Shown here: positions 1 through 9,433 of the stretch, piece by piece
Position numbering within the stretch: the stretch's first letter is position 1
Layout: each line of letters starts with the position of its first letter
Virus record (IMG/VR): IMGVR_UViG_3300025036_000003
Location: 1-41,402 of that record
Reading direction: 5' to 3' (one strand)
Length of the DNA stretch: 41,402 bases
DNA from: a virus
Taxonomy: Duplodnaviria; Caudoviricetes
The notes under the pieces: generated by a model
Databases searched by the model: none
What the model saw: the letters and a program-made list of their open reading frames with translations, nothing else
Told to the model about the DNA's origin: nothing
Made by a program: the position numbers and the translations under genes

Positions 1-809
1 AAAACCATTGATTTTTATGAAGAAATATCAATGGAGAGTTAAACCTTGTCGATTAAGAGGTTGCCTTTCAGAGGTATTGATTATGCAAAAAGAATATTTT
101 CATTTGGATACCAATAGAGTAGGTACTGATGTTACTGAATTGTTAAGAGTTAAAAAATATGAAAAGGATATTCCTATTTAATTAGAGGGGTATGCATTAG
201 ACAAATTTCCTTTATTTATCAGATGAATCTAATTATCAGTCTGTGCCAGAATTTAGACAAGCATTGGTAGGAAAAATTGTTGTGTGACTGAAAAATATGA
301 TGGAATGAGTTTGACTATCTACTGCAAAGATGGTCATTTTGGAGTTTGCTTCTGGAATTGAGAAAAAAAAGAAGGCTATGATAATGTTCTATGGAAAATA
401 GTGGAGTGATACAAATTAAAAGAGTTTCTGTCTGAATATGGTAATATTGCTTTACAGATGAAATTATATGGAGAAGGCATTTAAAAACCCTTTAAAAATA
501 TCAGAAGTTGATGTCAAAATTTTTGATGTGTTTGATATAGATAGTCAAGAATATATTTATTATATAAAAGCTAAGTTGATTATTGAAGATTTAGGGATGG
601 AATTTGTTAAGATAGTTGTGGGGCATTTATCTTATAAAGAGCTGTTTTGTTATAATCATTTTGATGAGGATTTGTGAAGATTAGCAGAAGGAAGTTATCT
701 TGGAACTGATTGTCCCCGAGAGGGTATAGTAATTAGACCGACTAAAACTATGTGGGTGAATGGCAAGAGATTAAGTTTTAAGGTATTGAATCTTAATTAT
801 AAATACTGA
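1..809 (+). pseudogene. RNA ligase (DRB0094/Rnl2-like), degraded
   Basis: Reading across frames gives RVKPCRLRGCLSE, GTDVTELL.VKKYE, motif I TEKYDG (~287-304), LYGEGI, FDVFD, REGIVIRP and SFKVLN. Interrupted by stops (179, 359, 407, 482, 675) and about three frameshifts. ORF 468..677 is one fragment. The 5' end may lie outside the window. Confidence 0.85.
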
Positions 810-827
810 TGTAGAGGAGGGAGTGAA

Positions 828-1301
828 ATGGAAAAAATGTATATTTTTTGGAATACTTATTTAGATTATTTAGATGAATTTACAAATAAAATTAAAATTT
901 TAAATAAGAAATATGACTATGTTGTAGGAATAGGTAGAGGAGGAGCAATTATAGGTATTATAATATCGTATAAATTGAATATACCCTATGTATATATACC
1001 TGTGAGTAGATATACGAATATAGGTAAGACAGACACCTTAAGCATAGGTAATTTTAGTAAAGAAATAAGAGGTAATATTTTATTAGTAGATGATATAATC
1101 GATGAAGGAATTACTATGCAGAATGTCATTAATAATATTTTAACAAAAAGTATAGATTGTGTTATTGAAATATATGTTATGTTTTATAGAAAGTATAGAG
1201 ATTGTAAATTTTTTGAGTCGAATGTTTTATATTATACAAATTTAGTTAAGGATAATAAATGGATATTGTTTCCATATGAAGTTGATAATAGTAATATATA
1301 A
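828..1301 (+). CDS. Type I phosphoribosyltransferase (xanthine/hypoxanthine-guanine PRT-like)
   Basis: VVGIGRGG, PRPP-binding LLVDDIIDEGIT, C-terminal WILFPYE; GGAGG RBS. Confidence 0.85.
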   Translation: MEKMYIFWNTYLDYLDEFTNKIKILNKKYDYVVGIGRGGAIIGIIISYKLNIPYVYIPVSRYTNIGKTDTLSIGNFSKEIRGNILLVDDIIDEGITMQNVINNILTKSIDCVIEIYVMFYRKYRDCKFFESNVLYYTNLVKDNKWILFPYEVDNSNI

Positions 1302-1457
1302 TAGATGTTGAATTTATCTATTTAAGTAGCAGCTATGAGTATAAAATTGATATTAAGTTGTTGTGAAGAATGAAAATGTTGCTTATTTTAAGAAGGGATT
1401 ATAATATTAAAAATTATGTCTGCAATAGTTTTAGTTTTAGGAATAGGAGCTGTATAA

Positions 1458-1646
1458 ATGATTAATATTTATCAAGATAGATATATTTATAAAACAAAGA
1501 GTGCTTTGATTAATGCTTTAATTGATTTAGGAATATCTGGTAAGACAAAATTAAAAGAAATGCCTTTTAAACAATTATCAGCTATTTATCATAGGAAGAG
1601 GAATGAATTAGATAATATTAAAAAGGTAAAATTATATGAGATATAA
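1458..1646 (+). CDS. Hypothetical protein
   Basis: 62-aa ORF with AGGAG RBS. Confidence 0.55.
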   Translation: MINIYQDRYIYKTKSALINALIDLGISGKTKLKEMPFKQLSAIYHRKRNELDNIKKVKLYEI

Positions 1647-1889
1647 ACTGATTTGATAAGGGAGGACAGGAAGAATGGATATAGTCAATAGAATATTATA
1701 GAAGTAAAGAAAGAAAATTACAGTTTGTTTTAGATTCAAATAGAAGTCTTATGGATATGATTATTAAAAGATATGATATGATTATTGAAGATGCAGAAAA
1801 TGAACTTGTTTTGTTACATGAACAGATTAGTTTAGTATAAGTGTAAGGATTAGAAGAATTTGATGAAGATATTCTTGGGAGGTATTAAG

Positions 1890-2507
1890 ATGGGTACTTT
1901 AATAACATTTGAAGGTATTGATGGTAGTGGGAAAACTACTCAGATTTTAAAATTAGTAGATTATTTGACAAATAAGGGGTATAATGTTATTAGTACAAGA
2001 GAACCAGGAGGAACATTTATAGGGGAGCAAATAAGGAATTTATTGCTGCATGAGGGCAATAAAAATGTGTCTGCATTAGCAGAGTTATTTTTACTCTCAG
2101 CAGCAAGAGAGCAATTATTATGTGATGTGATAAGACCATCGCTATTAGATGGTAAAATAGTGTTATGTGATAGATTTATAGATTCTACATTTGTGTATCA
2201 AGGATATGTGCATAATATTAGTATAGACAACATTTGTAAAATACAAGAAGTTTTGAATATAGAAGATATTAGTATAGATTTAACTTTGTTATTAGATGTA
2301 ACACCTGAAACAGTATCATATAGACATAAAACTAAAATTTTAGACCAGATAGAATTGAATAATATATTGTTGCAAAATAGAATAAAAGAAGGCTATTTGA
2401 AAATTGCTAATAATGATTTTGATAGGGTTAAAATAATTGATGGTAATAAATCTATAGATGAAGTACATATAGATATTTGTAAAATAGTAGATGCTATTTT
2501 ATTATAA
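1890..2507 (+). CDS. tmk: Thymidylate kinase
   Basis: ITFEGIDGSGKTTQ, TREPGGT, CDRFIDST.VYQG. Start placed at ATG 1890, after GGAGG. Confidence 0.95.
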   Translation: MGTLITFEGIDGSGKTTQILKLVDYLTNKGYNVISTREPGGTFIGEQIRNLLLHEGNKNVSALAELFLLSAAREQLLCDVIRPSLLDGKIVLCDRFIDSTFVYQGYVHNISIDNICKIQEVLNIEDISIDLTLLLDVTPETVSYRHKTKILDQIELNNILLQNRIKEGYLKIANNDFDRVKIIDGNKSIDEVHIDICKIVDAILL

Positions 2508-2530
2508 TTAACATATATATATGTTAATTA
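2505..2530. repeat. Perfect 26-bp palindrome centred on (TA)n
   Basis: taattaacatata|tatatgttaatta, overlapping the tmk stop codon. Confidence 0.85.
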
Positions 2531-2593
2531 AGGAGGAATATATAGTTTAGTAGTTTTGTATATTGAAATGTGAGTATATAAATATAAAGGAGG

Positions 2594-2992
2594 ATGATTT
2601 TAATGGCTGCATGGAGTGATGAAGAGATACAATTCTTAAAGGATAACAGTAAGGAGATGGAATACAAAGATATTGCAGTGTTATTGGGAAGAAATGAGGC
2701 AAGCGTGGTACAAAAAGTAATAGGGTTAGGGCTGAACAAAAATATGAATTGGAATAATGTAGATGTTAGTAATGATATAGATACTGTTGTTGAGGAGCTT
2801 AAGAGTACCAGAAGTAAAGTTATGTCTGCCAGAAGAAAGAAAGGAATATTTGTATATGATAAAGAAGGAGAGAATGATGAAGAGATAGAAATTTTATATA
2901 CTAAAAATTGTTCTATCGCTATGATTAGTAGAAGTTTGGGTATACCTGCACATATAGTCAGATATAGATTGAAGAAAATGAAACTGAGATAG
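2594..2992 (+). CDS. HTH/Myb-like DNA-binding protein
   Basis: WSDEEIQFLKDN..MEYKDIAVLLGRNEASV plus a second C-terminal HTH (SIAMISRSLGIPAHIVRYRL). Confidence 0.65.
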   Translation: MILMAAWSDEEIQFLKDNSKEMEYKDIAVLLGRNEASVVQKVIGLGLNKNMNWNNVDVSNDIDTVVEELKSTRSKVMSARRKKGIFVYDKEGENDEEIEILYTKNCSIAMISRSLGIPAHIVRYRLKKMKLR

Positions 2993-3028
2993 TTTAGGTT
3001 GAAATAAATAAATTGAGGACGTTAATAA

Positions 3029-3661
3029 ATGAAAATAAAAAGATTGATTATATCAGATAATATTTTTAATAGAGTAGAATTAATAAAAAATTTATTCTAT
3101 AATAAATTAGGAGGAAAGTTATATAAATCAAATACAGTAGATATAGATAGTTGTGTTATATTTGCAGATAAAGAATTTAAAAAGCACTCTTTAGATTTGT
3201 TGATGGAATTAAACGAATTAGTAAATTTTTTAGTTAATTCATATAAAGGGCAAGTCGTGAGAGGTAACATAAGATATATAAAATTTGTATTATCTAAAAA
3301 TAATATAGAAAAATATTTTTTATATAAGAAAGATTTGTTATTTATACCATTAATGAGAGATGCAATGGAATCATATATTAAAATAAGAGTTAATGAATAT
3401 GATGGTATTAACAGTAAGGAAAGTACTGATTGGAACGAAAAGAGAGAAGCATTATTGAGTATATTTTTATCTTTTATAGAGAGACAAGCTGTAGTATTGG
3501 ATGATTATTTTAAATGGTTTTTTAACGTTTTTTTAAATTCTCAGAAAGGGGCTACAGCAGGTTTTTGGTTTAGTTTATCTGTTGTGGGTGGATATGTGGC
3601 ATATATCAGACAAGAGAAAAAAAGTAGCCAAATAAAGAAATATATAGAAAAGGACTATTGA
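3029..3661 (+). CDS. Hypothetical protein upstream of the helicase
   Basis: 210-aa ORF with GAGG RBS; no recognised motif. Confidence 0.65.
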   Translation: MKIKRLIISDNIFNRVELIKNLFYNKLGGKLYKSNTVDIDSCVIFADKEFKKHSLDLLMELNELVNFLVNSYKGQVVRGNIRYIKFVLSKNNIEKYFLYKKDLLFIPLMRDAMESYIKIRVNEYDGINSKESTDWNEKREALLSIFLSFIERQAVVLDDYFKWFFNVFLNSQKGATAGFWFSLSVVGGYVAYIRQEKKSSQIKKYIEKDY

Positions 3662-3691
3662 TAATTAATAAGATTAGGGGGGAGTATTGAG

Positions 3692-4975
3692 ATGACTGTT
3701 TTAGAATTAGAATATATTGTTATTAGAGGTATATTGGTTTTTGAATCTATTATAGATAAAGTTAGCACTATTGAAATGAGTAAAAAATTTCATTCTGATA
3801 TAGTAGATTTTGTTTATGATTATTATAATAAATATAAAAGAATTCCATCTCTTGAAATCATAAAACAAGAGATTGGTGGAACTAAAGAGGATTGGAATTT
3901 GATATTAGAAAGAGAAGATAATGATGATATAAATTTTTATGTAGACAAATTATATAAATTACAGCAACATGATAGAGTAAGAAGTTTTTTAGAGCATAGT
4001 ATAGAATTATATAGAGAGGAGAAAATTGAAGATTTAGATACATATTTAAGAACTTTTAGTAGTAAAAGTAAAAATTTTTCTGATATTGTTCAGTATTCTG
4101 CATGGGCAGATGAATGGGAAAGAAGGAAAGATGAAAGAAAAAATAGAAGTGTACATGATGTGGTTAATTTAGGATTGAGTACTGATGAAGGCAGTATTGA
4201 TTTTGTGTTAGGAGGAGGAATAAGAAAAGGAGAATTTGGTGTAGTAGTAGGGCATTTGAAGATGGGGAAATCAATGCTATTATTATATATGGCTTGTAAT
4301 GTGATTAAACAGTTAAAAGGAGTTTTATATGTTACATTAGAGGGAAGAATGGATTTAGCTGAAAGAAGATTTGATGCTTATTTTAGTGATACATATTCAG
4401 ATAGATTAAAAAATTGGTCTTTTACAGAGGAGGAAGAAAGTCAATTAGATAAAGTATTTGATGCAATACAGAAATATAAATTGAAATTATTTATAGTGCA
4501 TGGTAGATTATATTCATATTCAATATTAGATTTAGAGAGAGATTTGAAAATATATATTGAGAAGTATGGCATAAAACCAGAATTTATTGTTATTGATTAT
4601 GGGGACATAATGGTTACTAAGTTAGGGAGGAATGATAAACCGTCAGATTTAGTAGAGATATGGGCAGATTTGAAAAATTTTGCACAAGATTATAATATAG
4701 CAATATTTACAGCTGCACAAGGAGATGCGAGTAGTCGAGCAAGAAATTTAGGAGGGGAAGGAAAAGTTACTTGGACTGATACAGGTGGTTCAAAGATGAG
4801 AAATACAATACCTGATTTAGCATTAACTTTATCGCAGACTAAAGAAGAAAAGTTAGCAGGTATAGTAATCATTACATTAGATTATGCAAGGGATAGTGAG
4901 TCGGGATTTGCTTTAGAAGTTTATCCTGATAATGCTAAAGCAGTTTATATTCAGAAAAAAACTTCTGTTTTTTAG
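3692..4975 (+). CDS. dnaB: DnaB-like replicative helicase
   Basis: GGGIRKGEF, Walker A GHLKMGKS, YVTLEG, Walker B IVIDYGD, TAAQ. Confidence 0.9.
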   Translation: MTVLELEYIVIRGILVFESIIDKVSTIEMSKKFHSDIVDFVYDYYNKYKRIPSLEIIKQEIGGTKEDWNLILEREDNDDINFYVDKLYKLQQHDRVRSFLEHSIELYREEKIEDLDTYLRTFSSKSKNFSDIVQYSAWADEWERRKDERKNRSVHDVVNLGLSTDEGSIDFVLGGGIRKGEFGVVVGHLKMGKSMLLLYMACNVIKQLKGVLYVTLEGRMDLAERRFDAYFSDTYSDRLKNWSFTEEEESQLDKVFDAIQKYKLKLFIVHGRLYSYSILDLERDLKIYIEKYGIKPEFIVIDYGDIMVTKLGRNDKPSDLVEIWADLKNFAQDYNIAIFTAAQGDASSRARNLGGEGKVTWTDTGGSKMRNTIPDLALTLSQTKEEKLAGIVIITLDYARDSESGFALEVYPDNAKAVYIQKKTSVF

Positions 4976-5048
4976 TAATAGTGGGGAAGTGAGTAGAAAA
5001 TTTGTTAGTAATACAATATATTTTAATTAGGTAATTTAGGAGATGATT

Positions 5049-5321
5049 ATGAGTGGAGGACATTTTGATTATAAGCAATGTTTATTTATAGATATAGCTT
5101 ATAAAATTCAAAGTTTGATAGATGATAATAAGGGATTAAATCAGTATGGTGATACAATAGGAAGAGGATATAGAAGTCAGACTATTGAGAAATTTGATAA
5201 TACAATAAAAATGTTGAAACAGTTATATGTTCGAATAAATAGAATTGATTATCTTGTTTCAGGTGATGATAGTGAGGAAGATTTTCATAGAAAAATAGAG
5301 GAAGAATTAAAAGGGAATTAA
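5049..5321 (+). CDS. Conserved phage hypothetical protein
   Basis: MSGGHFDY...RIDYLVSGDDSEEDF pattern, typical of a small phage protein family. Confidence 0.65.
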   Translation: MSGGHFDYKQCLFIDIAYKIQSLIDDNKGLNQYGDTIGRGYRSQTIEKFDNTIKMLKQLYVRINRIDYLVSGDDSEEDFHRKIEEELKGN

Positions 5322-5323
5322 AA

Positions 5324-5932
5324 ATGAAAGAGAATATAATAGACATCTATAGAGAGTTATATTATGAGCAAATGGATTTAGCTATAAAAGAGCATAGGAT
5401 GAATGATATATATGGGATTGTTTCAGGGATACCTGTATATTATTGGAATTATCAAAAAGAGTTTATAAAAGAGGTTGTGCTATCCCTCACAGAGGATATT
5501 AAAGGAATATATTTTTATGGTAAAGGAGTAACTGGAAAAAGTATGTCTGCAGCATATTTGTTGAAACAGTATATTATGAAGGATTCTTTATTATTAGCTT
5601 TTAAGTATAGTTTAAGTGGATATTGGTTAGATTATATGACAATGATTGAGTATTTAAGAAAGCATGATAGTAGAGCAGATTTTATAGAGCATATTTTTAT
5701 TAAAAAATCATTTATAGTATTAGATGATTTTGGTAGAACATACGGAGCAGATAGCGATTTTGTAATTAATACAGTTACAAGATTATGTAAGTCTTTTTTA
5801 GAGAAAGGTGGAAGATTAATAATTACTTCAAATATTAAGTATGAGGAAGTAGGAGATGTTTTTTGTTTAAAATTAAAATCAATGTTTGATATATTTTTGA
5901 ACAGAATTGAATTAACTGAAAAATTTTGTTAG
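5324..5932 (+). CDS. DnaC/IstB-like ATPase (helicase loader)
   Basis: GIYFYGKGVTGKS, IVLDDFG, LIITSN; lies between helicase and primase. Confidence 0.8.
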   Translation: MKENIIDIYRELYYEQMDLAIKEHRMNDIYGIVSGIPVYYWNYQKEFIKEVVLSLTEDIKGIYFYGKGVTGKSMSAAYLLKQYIMKDSLLLAFKYSLSGYWLDYMTMIEYLRKHDSRADFIEHIFIKKSFIVLDDFGRTYGADSDFVINTVTRLCKSFLEKGGRLIITSNIKYEEVGDVFCLKLKSMFDIFLNRIELTEKFC

Positions 5933-5959
5933 TATATATATATATATATTAGTAAAATT
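5922..5959 (+). terminator. Stem-loop at the end of the loader gene, with (TA)n centre
   Basis: aattttgttagtatatata / tatatatattagtaaaatt; all three DNA mismatches are G-U pairs in + strand RNA. No U tract. Confidence 0.45.
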
Positions 5960-6158
5960 ATGATAATAAAAAATGAACTTAAATTATTTTATTGGTAAGG
6001 GGTGATAAAAGATGAAAATTTTAGAATTAAAGCTGCCAGAGGATAGTAGTATTATTTTTGGTGGAAGGGTATTGAGGAAGAGATAGTGAGTCTTTCACAG
6101 ACAGATTTTGAAGTAGAGTTGGAGTATTAAAGACAAATTTACAGGAAGGAAGAGGAGT

Positions 6159-6365
6159 ATGAAATTATTTGTTGTGACTGCAAAAGTAGATTATTTTCTT
6201 GAAGACAATTGGCAGTCTTTTTGTAAGCAAATTAATATGTGGGGATGGGAAACAAGAGAGGCTGCTCAAGAAAGCATTGAGCGAAATAAGAGAATATGGG
6301 GTAAAACTGGTCATCAGAGGATTGTTGAGCTGAATGTTAGTATAGTTGAGGAGGAAACAAAATAA
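6159..6365 (+). CDS. Hypothetical protein
   Basis: 68-aa ORF with purine-rich RBS. Confidence 0.55.
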   Translation: MKLFVVTAKVDYFLEDNWQSFCKQINMWGWETREAAQESIERNKRIWGKTGHQRIVELNVSIVEEETK

Positions 6366-6397
6366 GGAGACAAAAATAATGGGTAAAGAAGGTATTA

Positions 6398-7249
6398 ATG
6401 TATATACACATTAAAAATAAAAAATATTATTTGAATAATATGCAAAAAATAGGAGATGAGATAAAATCTTGTTGCCCGTTCCATAAGGAGGTTACACCAT
6501 CTTTTTTTGTTAATTTAAAGTTAGGTATTTATCATTGTTTTGGTTGTGGAGTAAAGGGTAGGATAGATTTTCAAGAAGATAAAAATAAAAAGGATTATAA
6601 TAATTGTAGTTTGAGTTTACAGAATACAGTTAAAAAAGAATTATATTTACCTAAGGAATTTAAAACTTGCTTTTGGGGAGGACATTTAGTATATGTACCT
6701 GAGTATTTTAAAAAGAGATTTATTACTAATGATACAATAGAAATATTTGGTTTAGGGTACAATTTAAGTGCAGAGCAAGTGATAATTCCTTGTTATCATG
6801 AGAATAGTTTGTTAGGATATGAATATCGAAATTGGAAGACAAATGAAAAAGGGTTTTGTATAGGGGCAAAAACTAATCATATATTATATGGTTGGAATTA
6901 TTTTAATAATAAATGTATAGAAAGAATTATATTAGTGGAAGGAGTATTTGATTTTTATAGAGTATTTCAGACAATTAAAAAATATGGGTTACATGTTATT
7001 GGAGTATTTAGTATAGCGGGGAAGCATTGTTTTGGAAAATATAAAGTAGATTTATTAAAGACATTAAAATCTAAAGGTATTAAACAAATAGATTTGTTTT
7101 TAGATGCTGATTGTAATAGTAAAGATTTTGATTTTATTGGTTACCAATTATGTATGTATTTTAAAGTTAATAATATTTATTTATATAATATTAAAAAAGA
7201 CCCTGCTGAATGTACTGAAGAAGAAATATTAAAAATAATTAATAAATAA
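6398..7249 (+). CDS. dnaG: DNA primase (CHC2 zinc finger plus TOPRIM)
   Basis: CPFHKEVTPSF...YHCFGCG, LVEGVFD, FLDAD, KDPAE. Confidence 0.9.
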   Translation: MYIHIKNKKYYLNNMQKIGDEIKSCCPFHKEVTPSFFVNLKLGIYHCFGCGVKGRIDFQEDKNKKDYNNCSLSLQNTVKKELYLPKEFKTCFWGGHLVYVPEYFKKRFITNDTIEIFGLGYNLSAEQVIIPCYHENSLLGYEYRNWKTNEKGFCIGAKTNHILYGWNYFNNKCIERIILVEGVFDFYRVFQTIKKYGLHVIGVFSIAGKHCFGKYKVDLLKTLKSKGIKQIDLFLDADCNSKDFDFIGYQLCMYFKVNNIYLYNIKKDPAECTEEEILKIINK

Positions 7250-7251
7250 TC

Positions 7252-7296
7252 AAAAATAATACTTGACAAATATTGGCTTATATGGCACACTATATT
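7252..7296 (+). promoter_or_regulatory. Sigma70-type promoter, copy 1 of a conserved element
   Basis: A-rich UP element, TTGACA (7263), 17 nt, TGg-CACACT; same register as 10602-10646. Confidence 0.6.
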
Positions 7297-7332
7297 TATA
7301 AGTTAATTGTTTTTATAATGGGGGGAGAGTAA

Positions 7333-8007
7333 ATGTCAATAAATAGAAAAGATTGTTTAGAAGAAGATTATGATTTTTCGAAGTACTATAATTTTATATG
7401 GAGTAGAGTGCATTCTTGGATGCGTTCAAAAAATATAGTAGAGGATATTAGAGATGATTTGTTTCAAGAATGTTTTCTTAATTTTTTAAATGCTTGGAGA
7501 GGAAAAGAAGGATTAAATCTTCAAGAAAGAACTCTGTATCATTATTGTAGTGTTGGAGTAGACCATACTATAAATAGAGTTTTGAAGAAAAAATGTATTA
7601 GAAATAAATATATAAAATTATTTAATCGTAACGAAGATGATACTTATATAGACTATCTTTATAATGATACTAATATAGATAAGATTATAAACGAACGATA
7701 TACAGAGGATGAATTATGGTATAAACTTAATATTTTTTTAGATGAAAATATTAATTATAAAGTATGGTTATTTTGTAGGTTAGGATTAGACAAAAACTAC
7801 AATGTTTTTGTTGAGAAAGAGTTAAATAAGCGTAGAAAGCGAGGAGGTAATAGATACATGCATGTAGAAAATATTAGGCATATAGCAGAAGTATTAGCTG
7901 ATTATTTAGGAATGAGTGCTTATAAGGTCAGAAAATTGAATGTTCAATTTAGGAAAGATTATATGAAGTATTTTAATTTGATTGAGGAGGAAGTAGATGA
8001 TTTTTGA
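7333..8007 (+). CDS. Phage RNA polymerase sigma factor (sigma70/ECF-like)
   Basis: Region-2-like YYNFIWSRV...RDDLFQECFLNFLNAW and C-terminal HTH (IAEVLADYLGMSAYKVR). Confidence 0.7.
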   Translation: MSINRKDCLEEDYDFSKYYNFIWSRVHSWMRSKNIVEDIRDDLFQECFLNFLNAWRGKEGLNLQERTLYHYCSVGVDHTINRVLKKKCIRNKYIKLFNRNEDDTYIDYLYNDTNIDKIINERYTEDELWYKLNIFLDENINYKVWLFCRLGLDKNYNVFVEKELNKRRKRGGNRYMHVENIRHIAEVLADYLGMSAYKVRKLNVQFRKDYMKYFNLIEEEVDDF

Positions 8008-9055
8008 GATTAATACAAAATTGTTTAGGAATGCTTTGGATAAAATAAATTTATGTCATACTAGATATGATATGAATTCTACTTTGCTTGATATAGTTAT
8101 TGTAGAAGGAAAGATTTATTTAGAATTTTGTTCAGGTATTCAATATATGCAGGTAAATACAGGTTATTTAGTAGACAGTACTGTTAATAAAAGAGTTACT
8201 TGCAGTTTTCAAATTTTATATGATGTAGTAGTCTCTATTGATTTAAAAAAGGAATTAGTTTTTAGTATGAGTATAACAGATAAGCAATTGAAAATATTTG
8301 GCACGAATTATTCAGTGCTTATATCTATAGTAAAGAGAGATTTTATTGATTGGTTGGAAAAGGAAGAAATTATGTACAAAGATGTTAAGACAGGTAATTT
8401 TTTAGATTGTGTACAAAAAGTAGAAGGCTTTTTGAGTTTAGATATAGTACAATCAATTAATAAGTTTTGTTTGCATCCTGATGGGTTATTTATTAGTTTT
8501 GATAGAGAAGTGTTAGGAATAGGCGTTTTAGATAATAATTGGCATGTTCAGCATAAATTATTATTTGATAAGTTGGATATTACTGTATTAAAAGGATTAT
8601 TGAAAGATAGTTTTGGTGTATGTAGTGTAAATGATAAATTATTTATTAAGGGAGAAGATTATATATTTGGTTTTAGATGTGGTACTGCATATCCAGGCGT
8701 AGAAGATTTAATACAGTCTTTTCCTATAAAAGAAGATTATATCATACTCCCTAAGAGTGCATTATTAGATAATTTAAGGTTAATGAAAGGATTAACCAGT
8801 AAAGATTTTGATTGTTTGAGTATAAAAATAATAGACAATATAATGAATTTAAATTTAACAGCTATTATAGGCGTTGTTGACATTAAGATACCCTGTAAAG
8901 GTAATAATATTTGTTTTGCCTGTAAATGTACAGCGTTTACAAAAATAATTAATTGTTGTGAAAATGAGATAAGATTTAATTTTTATGACAATTGTATGGT
9001 TATATCAGATTCAATAGGCAATAAAATATATTACCTATTAAGATTAAACAATTAA
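7997..9055 (+). CDS. DNA polymerase sliding clamp (beta subunit-like)
   Basis: 352 aa; MIFEINTKLFRNALDKI N-terminus and repeated strand/helix pattern like DnaN; replication context. Confidence 0.6.
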   Translation: MIFEINTKLFRNALDKINLCHTRYDMNSTLLDIVIVEGKIYLEFCSGIQYMQVNTGYLVDSTVNKRVTCSFQILYDVVVSIDLKKELVFSMSITDKQLKIFGTNYSVLISIVKRDFIDWLEKEEIMYKDVKTGNFLDCVQKVEGFLSLDIVQSINKFCLHPDGLFISFDREVLGIGVLDNNWHVQHKLLFDKLDITVLKGLLKDSFGVCSVNDKLFIKGEDYIFGFRCGTAYPGVEDLIQSFPIKEDYIILPKSALLDNLRLMKGLTSKDFDCLSIKIIDNIMNLNLTAIIGVVDIKIPCKGNNICFACKCTAFTKIINCCENEIRFNFYDNCMVISDSIGNKIYYLLRLNN

Positions 9056-9069
9056 GAATTATTTGTAAG

Positions 9070-9275
9070 AGAAACCGTGGAGGGGTTTTAGTACAGAATG
9101 GGGTAGGTTGATATTTTTAGATAGAGCAAATAAATTTAGTTCTCCCCCAGAATAGTATTTGCTTACCTACCCCATTATTTTTCAGTTAAGCCTTATTAGG
9201 AATGAATTTCCAATTTATTAGTTTCTCCCAGTTTCTGATAATATATTTTTAATAAGGCTTAACTGAAAAATAAAT
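9070..9275 (+). ncRNA. Candidate structured RNA with two long hairpins (strand uncertain)
   Basis: 12-bp stem 9097-9108/9165-9176 with inner 8-bp stem 9125-9132/9156-9163; perfect 24-bp stem 9175-9198/9250-9273; both loops carry TAGTT(T)CTCCC(CC)AG. Confidence 0.5.
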
Positions 9276-9433
9276 AGTTTTAGTTAAGGGGGTGTATGGT
9301 TATTGAGAGTAAAGAAAACGAAAAATAAGCAAATGAGGAGTTTATAAAATGGAGAAAATAAAAATAAATATTTTAAGTTTATAAGTAATGCTGTTGCTGT
9401 TTCGTCAGAAGATGGAGAATTAGTTGAAGGAGA

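Noticed and set aside
1-809. Stop-codon reassignment (TGA or TAA read-through) to explain in-frame stops in the ligase
   Set aside because: Both TAA and TGA occur alongside frameshifts, and all three stop codons end intact genes elsewhere under the standard code.
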